Part shown: positions 39,678 through 53,613 of the stretch, piece by piece
How the letters are laid out: every line of letters begins with the position of its first letter
Position numbering within the stretch: position 1 is the first letter of the stretch
From: Octopus vulgaris
Taxonomy: Eukaryota
Assembly (NCBI GenBank): GCA_951406725.2
Contig: OX597832.1
Location: 48,608,001 to 48,672,000, forward strand
Direction of reading: 5' to 3'
Length of the DNA: 64,000 bases
Made by a program: the position numbers and the translations under genes
Notes under the pieces: model-generated
Database searches by the model: none
What the model saw: only the letters and a program-made list of their open reading frames with translations
What the model was told of the DNA's origin: nothing

Positions 39678-40920
39678 CCTTAAGAATCAGTCATAATGTT
39701 ATGAATAATAGCATGTAAATACTGTGTTGAAAAATACCCTTTAAACTGAAAAAGTTTAAGGCTCCATTTGGGAAACGAACCATTGATAGAGCGCCTGGTA
39801 TGTTTCAGGAGATGTGGGTTCGACTTTTTTGACTCCAAAGGGTTTCTCAATACAATATCTACATGTTATTATTTATACCTTGATGTGAACTTCGAGATTC
39901 ACTGTTCCAAAAACGAATTGTAGCATACGTGTGTTTGCGCATGTGTCATTCCCCAGCAGATTTATAACGAGTAGAAGAAAAAATTTTGAAAGGTTTGAAA
40001 ATTTATTCCTAACGAAGAAGTGAAAACTCCTTCCAAATTAAGAAAAAGCTCTTTCATGTGTTGTAGTAACGTCAGCAAGAAAATCAAAATATAATTTGAA
40101 CAATATTCGAAATGAGACATATTTTTTCCATTGCGTCTTTACGAATCTCTTGAGAAATATTTTCAAAAGTCAGTAATTAGGAGTAGCTACTTAAAACGGG
40201 ATCCTTAATCTCTGTTAAAAACTTGACTGACATAAAGAAAAAAAGAGAAAGAAAGAATTGGTTTTAGATATTGGTATGCGATATGATTCTGTCTTGTTGC
40301 TTGTCATACTGCTGCGTCAAGAGATCTCTTGAGAAACTTCCAGTAAAATGAAGTTTAAAAAAATTTTTTTTTATTATTTCGAAATTTGCAAACATGATGA
40401 GAAGTAGTTTCAAACGGAAGAAATTTTACTTCTCATTTCATAACCCTATAAAAATATAGGCAGCGAAACATTGCAGAAATAAACTATAAACCAATGAGTG
40501 ACAAATTTAGTAACTGACATCAAAGTGTATGTAAGACGTTCTGAAGAATTTGATTTTCTGCCAGAAACGTAATGGATTTTAGGTTTGTGCTTATTTTCAA
40601 AGTGACACCATCTGAAACAGTCTTCTGAACCTGAAGTAATTAAGAAAATGTGTTACCAAAAGGTTAATATGACTCTTCCACGCAAATAACTTTTCTTTGA
40701 CAGGGTAGCGTAATGTCGTTTCTTTTTCTAGGTTAATAGTTGAGTGTGTTGGAGCAGCATGGATAGAGTTTGCGAGAAGAAACAATTCTTTTCTACTCTA
40801 GGCAAAAAGGTCTGAAATTCTGGGGGAGGGGGCTAGTCGATTAGATCGACCGCAGTACGTAACTGGTACTTAATTTATCGACTCCGAAAGGATGAAAGGC
40901 AATTTTAATATATATTAAAA

Positions 40921-40976
<56 letters not shown>

Positions 40977-40978
40977 CA

Positions 40979-41530
40979 TGTGGCTGTGTGGTAAGTAGCT
41001 TGCCTACCAACCACATGGTTCCGGGTTCAGTCCCACTGCGTGGCATCTTGGGCAAGTGTCTTCTGCTATAGCCCCGGGCCGACCAATGCCTTGTGAGTGG
41101 ATTTGGTAGACAGAAACTGAAAGAAGCCTGTCGTATATATGTATATATATATATGTGTGTGTGTTTGTGTGTCTGTGTTTGTCCCGCTAGCATTGCTTGA
41201 CAACCGATGCTGGTGTGTTTACGTCGCCGTCACTTAGCGGTTCGGCAAAAGAGACCGATAGAATAAGTACTGGGCTTACAAACAATAAGTCCTGGGGTCG
41301 AGTTGCTCGATTAGAGGCGGTGCTCCAGCATGGCCGCAGTCAAATGACTGAAACAAGTAAAGGAGGAAAAGAGTATATATATATATATATATATATATAT
41401 ACGACGGGCTTATTTCAGTTTCCGTCTACCAATTCCACTAACAAGGCTTTGGTCGGCCCGAGGCTATACTAGAAGAGATTTTCCCAAGGTGCCACGTAGT
41501 GGGATTGAACCCGGCCCCATGTGCTTGGGA
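40979..41530. mobile_element. SINE family A (plus, to ~41372) followed by an inverted partial copy (41400-41530)
   Basis: Family A motifs in both orientations. Confidence 0.88.
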
Positions 41531-42598
41531 AGCCACGCCTACCAAACTTAAAACATTCTGGGGTCAATTTTTTTTCTAATAAAGCCCTTCAAGACGGTGC
41601 CCCCAATAAGGCCACAGTCCAACTGACTGAAATAAATAAGAGAAAATATGATTGTATTCAAATCCTTCCGAGGTGAAACGTTGCTTGCATGCTTTCGTTG
41701 TCGATAAAGTAAATATCGGTCGATAATTTTTTATAGGCTACACACACACACACACACGCACACACAAGTACACACATACACACAGAGACACAAAAAAACA
41801 GACACACGTACACACGCACACATACACTCATACACAAATTCACACACACGCACATACACGTGCAGGCACATACACCCACTCACTTACACACACACACACA
41901 TACACACATACACACAGATACACATATAAACACAGACGTATGCACGCACCCCACACACCCCCACACTCACACACATGCACAGACACATGCAAACACATAC
42001 GCGTACACACACAAACACACAAACACACATGCACAAACACACACAAACACACACGTTCCCGCCCGCACACACACTCACACTCACGTACGCTCGCACACTC
42101 ACATGCACGCACACACACACATACACACTCACACACACGTACACTCGCACGCCCACATGCACACATACACATACACACAGCCACATAAAACTGCCTTCCA
42201 ACTCACGTGACCTTGTGTCCGTATCATTGATTAATATAACGTTTCTTTTTCTTTTAATTCCAGATCGAAGACTTTTACCAGTTCTTTGAGTGTCTTGAAC
42301 AGATTTCAATAATTTGCAGACATTTTCAGTGGAATAATTACCACCCACTGCCAGTCCGTTCTCTGTCAACGACCTTTTGGTATCGACCAGCAGATGGTCA
42401 GGCTGGACATCGACCACATTGAACTCAGCAGTTTTGCAATGACCTGCAGAGGTTATAGACATTGACCTTTCTCATAAAACAAGATATAGAAGTGTATGAG
42501 CAACCGACGGAAGTCTGTGTGCTTATCCATTAGTAAAAATTCACGAATATGCTCGTCTGTATATAGTTAGCTAACCACGATTCAACATCTAAACACAA

Positions 42599-43112
42599 TC
42601 TCTATATCTATAAACGGTAAAATGTCTGTGTATCTGTGTGTCTGTGCGTTTGTGTGTCCTTTATACAAATCCACAGTTCTTCACGTAAAAGACTCGCATT
42701 TTCTATATGCTTTCAAAACTGTCTGAGGGTGGACGTGAAGACCTTTTCATTTCCTCAGTCACCCCAAAGAGCCATTAAAAAAATTGATAAACCGACCCCC
42801 TTATCCCCATAAGTTATTTTGCGGCCAAATTCGAGTTTTTCGCTTTCTTCTGCCTCCTTTTTTATCCGACTAATGACATGTGCACAGCCCCGCAAATTTC
42901 CCATGATTATGCCGTTCCAGGTGTGAAAACCGAAGTCCAATGAATATTAATTATTCTCAACAAAAATATTAATTACATAAACAACAAAACTGGTCCGGGC
43001 TGAAATGTGATAAGAAACTTAGCTCTTGATTTAGTGAGTAAATTTTACTGTGACCGGGCAACGAACAACAAGCACTAGCATTAGTCCCGGCAACGCTGGG
43101 TCATAGTGCTAG
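42599..43112 (+). mobile_element. Non-autonomous Helitron
   Basis: A|TC 5' end (TCTCTATATCTATAAA), subterminal hairpin CCCGGC-AAC-GCTGGG (43086-43100), 3' CTAG|T, no TSD. Confidence 0.85.
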
Positions 43113-43289
43113 TCAATACCCAAAACAGTTAAGAAGATCTACACTTGTTATTATTGCTGTTGGTGTTTGGACTCCATCTTCCATCGCCAGCTTAATCTCG
43201 ATCGAGAAAAATTTACCATCGAAAGTATTCCAGCCATGATCCTTTCGTCTTATTCCACGTTAGTGTATCTCGGAATATCATAATTTTTT

Positions 43290-44000
43290 AGCATTTTGCC
43301 CGACGTGGTAATGATTCTACCAGCTCACCATTTTCGTTTTCAAATTTTGGCACTAGGCCCGCAAAGGAGAGGTGGTAAGTCGATCACAACGATCCCAGTG
43401 TTTAACTTGTACTTATTTTATCGACCCCAAAAGAATGAAAAGTAAAGTTGATCTCGCCGAAATTCGAACTCCGAACGTAAAAACTGTTTTGCTCTTGAAT
43501 AGCTTAGCGCATATCTAAACAGGGGCATTCCAACCGTGACCATTCGGTCTCATTTTCATACATACTATAACCAAGACAATGCGACAAGTCTCAGGAACAA
43601 TCGAACGTTAGCAAGCCGGGCGAAATGCTTTGTGGTATTTCGTCCGCCGCTGCGTTCTGAGTTGAAATTCCGCCGAGGTCGACTTTGCCTTTCATCCTTT
43701 CGGGGTCGATAAATTTAGTACCAGTTATGCATTGGGGTCGATGTAATTGACTTAATCCGTTTGTCTGTCCTTGTTTGTCCTCTCTGTGTTTAGCCCCTTA
43801 TGGGTAATAAAGAAATAAGAATCGTTAGCACGACGAGCAAAACCCTTGGCAACATTTCGTCAATCTTTCTGTTGCGAATTCAAATTCCATCGAAATCGAG
43901 TCGACTCTGTCTTTCATTCTTTCAAGGTCGATAAAATAAGTACTCGTTGAAAACTGGGGTCGATATAATAGCCTTACTCCACTCTCTCGAACCTGTTGGT
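43290..44000. mobile_element. SINE family B cluster
   Basis: Minus degenerate copy, then a plus tandem pair joined at GAAATAA|GAATCGTTAGC. Confidence 0.85.
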
Positions 44001-45264
44001 CTTGTCCCAAAATTTGAAACCAATATTTTGCTTCTCGTTGGTCTAAGTTCAAATCCTACTGAAGTCAAATTTGGATTTTATATTTACTGTTTCAATAAAT
44101 AAATTATCGATATAATAACAGGAGCCGAGCCATCTCTCTCTCTCTCTCACACACACCCTCCTCTCTCTCTCTCTCTCTCTCTCTATCATACCCACCTCTC
44201 TCTCTCTCTATCATACCCTCCTCTCTCTCTCTCTATCATACCCTCCTCTCTCTCTCTCTTTATCATACCCTCCTCTCTCTCTCTCACTCTCTTCCACTTA
44301 TTTTCCTTATCTCTTTCTGTCCTTCGTTCTTTTTTTCTTCCTTCTTCTGTTTCTTTCTCTGTCTCTCCCTCTCTCCTATTTAATGGCATAAAAGTAGCAC
44401 AGGCATAATAGACGCACCTCAGTTTCAGCAGCATATATTCAGTGAGAAAGAGAAAGAGAGAAAGAAAGAGATAGAGGCAGAGAGAGAGAGAAAGGGGAAG
44501 GTGAGGGAAAAGTTTTTAGTGCATTAAAGCATGTAATACGGCCCAACTTCGCATATAGAACCTGCGGTGATTTCTTGAGAATCTTGAGAATCTTTTGGGG
44601 GAAAAAAATGCTTCGTATATACCAACAAATACAATAAAGCACAAATATAGAAATAGAGGTGAATGAAAAGTGTTTCAAATATTTAAACCAAAAAATATAA
44701 ACTGCTACATAATTTGACCTGCAGTGTTCTAGGAGGAGTCAAGAATTAGAACACCATTTTTTTTTTCTTTCTTTCTCTCTCATTCTTATCTCAGATACAT
44801 CTATTTGTCCTGAAGTCATAAAAATCTACTGCTTTCTCGTCACCTGCTGAGGGCTAATTAGAACATTACGTTTAACCAAAATGTGCTAAATTGGTTCAGA
44901 GAACGCCTTTGAGTTATTCTAGCATGATATATAGAATGACAGCTTCACACTGGATTAAATTGGTTTTGCAAGCTTGTCAGGAATTGTCTCCAGGTATCAA
45001 GTATCTTTACTCGAAATAGTAGCGAGTGAAAAAAAAAGTGTATTGTTTCGAACGAAGGTGAAAGCAATAACATATTACTTATATTTCTCTCTTTTTTTTT
45101 TTTTCATCTTTTTTTCGAAAAGATGATTTTGTTTTAGAATCACAAAAAAAAAATAGATAGAAAAATTGTTGAAGTGCCAGTGAAGACCGAATCGTTTAAG
45201 TTACTTATCGCATCGCCGAAATAAACTGCATTGGGTCAAAAGCACTTAATCTAAGAGGTAGACA

Positions 45265-45299
<35 letters not shown>

Positions 45300-45478
45300 A
45301 TAACAGCTGGTGGAACAGGTAGATTCTTTAAGTAGGGTCATCATACGATTAACCGGCGTTTCTACGGTGCTGGCAAGACATCTCTTAACGATTTTATGCC
45401 ATGGAAGCTGGAATGTTCTTTTGAGTGCATCCCCCGTCGCACACAAAGCAACATGATAACGTATGACATACATACATA

Positions 45479-45557
<79 letters not shown>

Positions 45558-45903
45558 ATGTGTGTGTGTGTGTGTGTATGTATATATATGTATGTATGTA
45601 TATGTATGTATATGTATAGATATATATACGTATATATATATATATATGCATATATATATACATACATCATATGTATATAAATATGTATATATATATATAT
45701 ATTATATATATATATATACATGCTTATATATATATGTGTGTATATATAGGTATATTTGTATACATATATATATGTAAATATATATAGAGAGATAGAGAGA
45801 GGGAGAGAGAGAGAGAGAAAGAGGGAGATACACTTATATGCATAAATACACACGTATATACATACACGCATACATACTTACATATCTAGTACATACATAT
45901 ATG

Positions 45904-45955
<52 letters not shown>

Positions 45956-46097
45956 CACTCCTACATGGCGGCAGAGTCGTTATAGTCACGAATGGAATAC
46001 CAAAAGGCATTTGTTCCGGTTTTCTGCGCCCAATATCGTGTATTTTTCAATCATTGTACAGTACGCCGAAAAGTATACTTCTGAGTATGTATGTATG

Positions 46098-46180
<83 letters not shown>

Positions 46181-46208
46181 GTATATATATATTTGGATAT
46201 ATATATTT

Positions 46209-46242
<34 letters not shown>

Positions 46243-46387
46243 GTGTGTGTGTATGGATGTACGCTTCTTTAGGGTAATTCTCCACACATTAAGAGGGGGG
46301 AGACACACATGGAGAGGCGTGCATGGAAGAGCAACGTGGTATAGAGGGTGAGAAAAATAAGAGAGGAAGAAAGAGAGAAAGAGAGAG

Positions 46388-46426
<39 letters not shown>

Positions 46427-46948
46427 AAACAAAAGAACTTTAGAGATTTAGTATTGCCGTAAATGGAAACATCAACAAAGAAAATGCTCACCAGAACACT
46501 GTCAAAACAATCCTATGTATTTTGAATACCAATCTACCGTTCCGTGCACGGGTGTGCTTATGTATGTATGTATGTATGTATGTATGTGTATGTATGTATG
46601 TATGTATGTATGTATGTATGTATGTATGCATGTAGGTATGTATACATGTATGTATGTATGTATGTATGTATGTATGTATGTATGTATGTATGTATGTATG
46701 TGTGTGTATAGATGCACTCATATATATATGTGTATACGGATATATATAAAAATATACACATAGACATATATATGAATATATGTATACATATTTATAAATA
46801 TGTATGTTCGCAAATAAACGTTTATGTACACACACGCGTACGCGCACACATGCACACACACACATATATATATATATACATTTATATATATACATATGCC
46901 TATACATATATATAAATATTTACATATATTTACTTATGCTTGCATAGG

Positions 46949-46998
<50 letters not shown>

Positions 46999-47664
46999 CA
47001 ATCACATTTTCAGACTGATATATATATATATTGTATGTAATATATATATATATATATATGTGTTTATCTCTGTGTGTGTGTGTGTGAGAGTGTGTGTTTG
47101 TATGTGTACATTTATTTACATAACAAATATTTGTTGTTACGTTTATATATTTCTTTTGCAAGATTCTTGATGTGAAATCGTGTGTTGAAACAGATATTGT
47201 TGTATTTGGGGATGGTCATGTTGCCAGTTTAGACAATAAAAACACATGCACTATAGATTTGGTGTTAATTTGCTTCAGCTTTATTTATTTAATCATAAAT
47301 TGTTGTCTTATCTCATTTCTATTATACAACACAAATTTTATGTATTTCTTTTCTGTGGCTTAAAATTTGATGAACTCAAATCCTTTTATGTATAATGGTC
47401 ATATATGTCACACAAGACAGTATCAACTTATTTGTGAGTCTGCATACAATATGTTTATATATTCATATTCTTTCCTCACTCTTCTGTAACCTCATCAGTG
47501 GTCCTTTGCTTTCTTCTTTCTTATTTGTGTGTCTCTCCTTACTAATAATCAGTCATTTTGTATTTTGTATTCCTATTGTATATATGTATACATGTGTGTG
47601 TATATATACATATATGCGTATACATAAACACACATGCATATTGATGTGTGTGTATTTCTGTATC

Positions 47665-48110
47665 GTCGTCTTCGTCATGTATCGTACATCTGCAGCGCAC
47701 CTACACCGAATGTTTTCAGAAATAAGCGCGAGTTCTCCAGTTTCCTTGCCACTCCTGTTCAGCCCGTTCATGATATTATCATTCCATCCATAACTTTTTT
47801 TTTTTGCCTCCCTCTTGATGCACTGCCCTCTACTTTTCTTTCCACGATGATGTTTTCCGGACCTCTTGTTCGAATATAACCATAATGGATGACCTTCTGT
47901 TTTTCAGAACTTCGTCTTTCACCTACTTGTTGTAACATCCATTCATTTATGGTTCTTGTAGGATACTCATAACATTCTCCTTACACCCATATTTCAAATG
48001 CGTTGATTTGGTTCTCTTCAAATTTCTTCAGAGTCCATGTTTCGCAACCATAAATGCTTTTGACCAAATGAGCGCTCGCACTAGCCTTGCTTTAAACTTA
48101 GTCACCAAAG
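47665..48110 (-). pseudogene. Degraded RTE-clade LINE 3' fragment
   Basis: Minus translates KARLVRALIWS..YGCETWTLKKFEENQINAFEIW and ENIIVERKVEGSASRGR. Confidence 0.8.
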
Positions 48111-48134
48111 TTTTATTGATGGCAACATTATCAA

Positions 48135-48497
48135 CCCCCTTTAAATCATTCACGAATTGCGGGCAAAGCTTCTTCCATACATCATTCAGAGCCCTTCTCT
48201 GTACATCATTCCATGCTACTGCTATGATCTGTACAGCCTTGTAGATATCGTATGCCTTCCAAAAGTCACGAAGTGTGATGGACTCATCAAGATCAGTTAC
48301 AGCTATTACTTCGTATAGTAACGCTTGAAGATAGCAATTATTCCTTGATCTATTGGCTGCAGAAGAGACGTGGTGTTCGGAAGAAGGTATACGACGGTAA
48401 CGTTGGGGTCAAAATCTACGACGCTTTGCAGGTGGTCAGAAGCATTATCGAAGATACGTAAAACCTTAAAAGCAATTCCATTCTTCTTACGATAACA
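48135..48497 (-). pseudogene. pogo/Tigger-type DDE transposase fragment
   Basis: Minus translates FKVLRIFDNASDH...VVYLLPNTTSLLQPIDQGIIAIFKRYY / ITLRDFWKAYDIYKAVQIIAVAWNDV..LNDVWKKLCP, with a frameshift. Confidence 0.9.
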
Positions 48498-48722
48498 TGG
48501 TGAACCAGGTCAGTTTAAGCTACCCTACTACTAAAATGTAAACTTTTTTGAAATCATAATATTCTCTGTGTGTATATATATACAGATACAACACCAATAT
48601 TCCACTGAACTTTTTAATAATTCCTTCTGGAAACTATCTTTAACATTTTCTTGAAAATGTATATATATGTGTATATATATGTATATATATGTATATATAT
48701 TTTGTACCCAATATTTTAATAA

Positions 48723-48790
48723 ACTTTATTTTTTTATTTTATTTTATCTAGTGTCGGCTCACGAGCCGTGGCCATGCTGGGGCACCACCA
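48723..48790 (-). mobile_element. Short LINE/SINE 3' tail with A-rich end
   Basis: Minus TGGTGGTGCCCCAGCATGGCCACGGCTCGTGAGCCGACACTAGATAAAATAAAAATAAAAAAA resembles the SINE A tail GGTGCTCCAGCATGGCCGC. Confidence 0.7.
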
Positions 48791-48802
48791 TTTAAAAATA
48801 TC

Positions 48803-48914
48803 TGTCTAGGGTGAGGCTCGAACTCACAACCTCCGCATATCTCCTGTTTTGTGAACAACACAAAGAAGGTACTGTCTATAAGTACGGCGCGCTAACCGAT
48901 TGTACCACTGGGGC
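48803..48914 (-). tRNA. tRNA-Ile(TAT) with 38-nt intron, probable pseudogene
   Basis: GCCCCAGTGGTACAATCGGTTAGCGCGCCGTACT-TAT-A[intron 48876-48839]ATGCGGAGGTTGTGAGTTCGAGCCTCACCCTAGACA. Anticodon and T stems pair; acceptor and D stems are broken. TTTTT lies just downstream. Confidence 0.88.
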
Positions 48915-48915
48915 A

Positions 48916-49101
<186 letters not shown>

Positions 49102-49245
49102 CGAAATTGAAAAGATAATCAAGAACTCGACTGAGAATAGAAAACTCCGAGTGACTCGTCCTAGATTTCCTTGTATCGTCAGTCTGGATGTTTTGCGTTC
49201 TTGTCCAATTTTTGGATTTTTTATATACAAAATATAGCGGCGTAC

Positions 49246-49279
<34 letters not shown>

Positions 49280-49309
49280 TTACACACACACACGCGTACA
49301 CGCACACGT

Positions 49310-49375
<66 letters not shown>

Positions 49376-49562
49376 CGGGCTTCTTTCAGTTTCCGCCTAC
49401 CAAAATCACTCGTAAGGCTTTAGTCAGCCGAGGCTATGGAAGAAAGTGCCACCCTGTGGGACTGAACCTGGAACCATGTGGTTGGGAAGCAAGCTTCTCA
49501 CCACACAGCCACTCCTAGGCCCATATATAATATCTCTATATGCAAGTTACGTATTTGTAAAC

Positions 49563-49620
<58 letters not shown>

Positions 49621-50123
49621 GTACGTATGTATGTATGTATAAGTACGTATATGTATATAGATCAATATGCCTGTATATGTGTATGTTTAAGTGTCTGTGG
49701 ACATATATGTGTATGTATATCGCAGCAACATTTTTACCTTTCTGTTTGAAGAGCTTTCCTCGCAAACAAGTCTCTTTCCCTCTCTATGTTTTTCTCTTTT
49801 TCTTTCGTCCCTCTCTCATGCCACCATTCTTTTCTACTCTATCTCTGAATCTCAAAACGTCTTTCCGTAATCTCTTTGTTCAATCAATTCTCCTCCCCCC
49901 TTCTCTTTCTCTCTCTGTCTCTGTTTCTCTGTCTCTCTCTCTACATGCAACATGGTCTATTGTCTCCAGACTAAAATAGATATTGTTTGGCTCTGCTTCA
50001 CTTCATCCGTAAAACATTCCTCTGTTGATTCTAACTGAGCAAGCGAGACATGAAAGCTTTTTCTCACCACATGATATCTTTCCACCCCTCTCACCACCTC
50101 TCTTTCTCAAATCCCCTCCTCTT

Positions 50124-50180
<57 letters not shown>

Positions 50181-50247
50181 GTATGTATATATATCTACAT
50201 CTCTCTCTATATATATGTATATATATATGTATATATATATATGTATG

Positions 50248-50308
<61 letters not shown>

Positions 50309-50311
50309 ATG

Positions 50312-50342
<31 letters not shown>

Positions 50343-50569
50343 ATATATGAAATTTTCCCTTTATGGTATTACATTGCGCCTAGCTGTCTATATATATATA
50401 TATATATATATGTATACATATGTGTGTGTGTGTGTGTGCATGTATGTATGTGTGTTTGTGTCTATACATTTATGTATAATCATATATATTTACATATGTG
50501 TGTATAGTAACATACACACTCATACGCGCACATAGCTATAACCAATTTGAGTGTTTAACTTTCTTTCAT

Positions 50570-50601
<32 letters not shown>

Positions 50602-50705
50602 TATTGCTCTCGTTCACCTAGTTTCTCATCCTCATCTACCCTTTCTTTCTTTCTTTTATTTCCCTTCCTCCTCCTCCTGTTCCTCTTCGTTGATGTCGTT
50701 TTCAG

Positions 50706-50795
50706 ACAATAACTGCTTTGATCAATTGCGCAGCGGAGTCAAACAGTGTAAAGCGATATATCATATTTTGGTTCTCGCTGCTAATACCGAGCAGA
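50706..50795 (+). other. Candidate 90-nt internal exon
   Basis: Pyrimidine-rich tract plus TTTTCAG acceptor, GA|GTAAGC donor, open frame (D)NNCFDQLRSGVKQCKAIYHILVLAANTEQ. No homology recognised. Confidence 0.3.
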
Positions 50796-51146
50796 GTAAG
50801 CCTCGACCATGCGCCGCACCGCCATCTACTTAACCAAATGCCACCGCACAACACCTCACTACACCACCTTTTACTTCACCAAAAAAATCCCAGTCCATCA
50901 TACCACGTCATAACGTGCATCAGTACGCCATACCACCATCGATTGTACCAAATTCCAGCACTCCACACAACGCTACTTACTCCACGGTCTACTCGACCAA
51001 ACACAAACACACCATATCATCATCACATGACATTAAATCACCATCTACTCCACGAAATCCTAGTGGAACACCACATCTATCTACACCACCGCCTACTCCA
51101 CCAAACACCAGTAGACAACATCATTTTGCTCACAACATTCTAGACC

Positions 51147-52200
51147 ACCATCTACTTAAATAAATATTAGCAAAATTATAACCCCGCGAGGTAAAACCAA
51201 TGCTCTGGACCCTGTAGTATTTATTCATGAACAGTAAACCACAACATAGATAGATCAGAATTGAGGTCCCTGGGCAACTATCCGGAGTGTCCATGTCTTA
51301 AGATGGAGCTGACCAAACACTCACAACACTAAACTACCATCTATTTCACAAAATACCAGTGCACATTACCTCACTGCACATGACATACTAAACTACCATC
51401 TACTTAAAAATAGATCCTAGCAGCATTATAAACCCTCGGGGAAAACCAGGGTATTGAGTCCTGTAGTATTTATTTATTGACAGCAAACCACAAGATTGAC
51501 CAGAAATGGGCCCCTTCCTCTGGGAAACGCTACTGTGCCCGTGTCTTAAGCTGACACTGACTAAACCCTCACAGCACTAAACTACCATCTATTTCACCAA
51601 ATACCAGTGCACATCACCTCTCCGCACATGACATACTAAACTACCATTTATTTAAAAAAAGATCCTAGCAGCATTATAAACCACCTGGGAAAACCTGGGT
51701 ACTGAGTCCTTTAGTATTTATTTATTGACAGCAAACCACAAGATTGAGCAGTAATGGGCCCTTCCTCTGGGAAACTGTCCAGTGTACCCATGTCTTATGC
51801 TGGCACTGACTAAACCCTCACAGCACTAAACTACCATCTATTTCACCAAATACTAGTGCACAATAGACCACCAATTTACTCTATCAAACACCAGCACACA
51901 ACCCCACTTCTCACACTACATACTAAACTGTCATTTACTTAAACAAACACTAGCAGTATTATAAGTAAATCAAGGCACTGGACCTAGTATTATGTATTTA
52001 TTGACAGCAAACCACAACATAGATCAGAACTGGACCGCTAGACTCTTGATTCCCCTGGGCAATTCTCTACTGTGTCCATGTTTTAAGACGGTGTTGGCTA
52101 TATCACCCGCACCACAATACCAAACTAATTTACTATCTGCTTCCCCAAATACCAGTGCACAATACACTAGCCTCTATGAAACCAATCACAAGCGCACCAC
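51147..52200 (+). repeat. Diverged tandem repeat, ~250-bp unit, 4 copies (fifth at ~52750-52960)
   Basis: TAGTATTTATT(T)ATTGACAGCAAACCACAA-like block at about 51215, 51463, 51712, 51985 and 52822. Confidence 0.85.
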
Positions 52201-52220
52201 ACCCTCCAGCCTATCAAATA

Positions 52221-52692
52221 CCTACTTCTTTACTAACCACAAGGGGCTAAGCACAGAGAGGACAAACAAGGACAGACAAACGCATTAAGTTGATTATATC
52301 GACCCCAATGCATAACTGGTACTTATTTAATCGACCCCGAAAGGATGAAAGGCAAAGTCGACCTCGGCGGAATTTGAACTCAGAACGTAGCGGCAGACGA
52401 AATACCGCTAAGCATTTCCCCCAGCGTGCCAACGTTTCTGCCAGCTCGCCTATCAAATACCTATTTTTTTACTACCCACAAGGGGCTACACACAGAGAGG
52501 GCAAACAAAGACAGACAAACGGATTAAGTTGATTATATCGACCCTAGTGCATAACTGGTACTTATGTAATCGACCCCGAAAGGATGAAAGGCAAAGTCGA
52601 CCTCGGTGGAATTTGAACTCGGAATGTAGCGGCAGACGAAATACCGCTAAGCATTTCGCCCGGCGTGCTAACAATTCTGCCAGCTCGACGCC
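52221..52692 (-). mobile_element. Two tandem SINE family B copies
   Basis: Core and head motifs occur twice. CTATCAAATAC flank is duplicated. Confidence 0.9.
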
Positions 52693-53394
52693 TTTCTAGC
52701 GTATGAAATACCGGTAGACAACAGCACCACTCCGTTCACAACATTCTAAATTACCATCATCTTAAAAAAAGTAACAGCAGCATTATAGTCTCCCGGGAAA
52801 ATCAATGCACTGAGATTTCTTGTATTTATTTATTAACAGCACCCCGCAGCATGCGCAGATTTAGAATCGGGGCCCCCAGTGATGCATCTGCATCACTGAC
52901 TAAACCCCCCACTACACTAAGCTACAATATTTATTCCACCAAATACCAGTGCAGAATAGACCACCATCTACGAAACAAAACACGAGTGCATCACACCATC
53001 TTCACTACGAAATGCAAGCATACAATACCACATTAAACGGCAATATCTTTTGCTTCACCGAACATCAGCATAAACAGCCCATCACAAAACACGACACAGC
53101 ATTACACCGTAAAACCCCTGGCATTCGGCAGCACTCGACGCCTCGTGACTTATTGCACTAAATCCCGGTGCATATCTGCTAGAAATAACCATCCCCCTAA
53201 AATCATACACAACCCTCTCAAAAACTAACAAAAAACGACATGTTGAATGTGATCCTGGGTTCGTCCCGTGCGCATTGGGAAATGATGTGATGGTCACGGT
53301 TGGAATGTATTTGATTATAGACCAAAATCACTCCCAATTCTTACTCAATTCCTCTAAAATTAACGCACAACTCCGTTCTATTCCATAATCTATT

Positions 53395-53613
53395 TCTATT
53401 TCTTTACTACCCACAAGGGGCTAAAGACAGAGAGGACAAACAAGGACAGACAAAGGGATTAAGTCGATTATATCGACCCTAGTGCGTAAATGGTACTTAT
53501 TTAACCGACTCCGAAAGGATGAAAGGCAAAGTCGACCTCGGAGGAATTTGAACTCAGAACGTAACGGCTACGCATTTCGCCCGGCGTGCTAACGTTTCTG
53601 CCAGCTCGCCGCC
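53395..53613 (-). mobile_element. SINE family B
   Basis: Tail to head, ending CAGCTCGCCGCC. Confidence 0.9.

Noticed and set aside
45171-45270. AAGTGC..GTGAAGA-CC...GGTC-AAAA-GCACTT possible hammerhead
   Set aside because: Both core boxes are mutated and the stems are inconsistent.
47163-47363. 63-aa ORF after an acceptor-like site
   Set aside because: AT-rich low-information tail, no donor or recognised homology; suspected repeat fragment.
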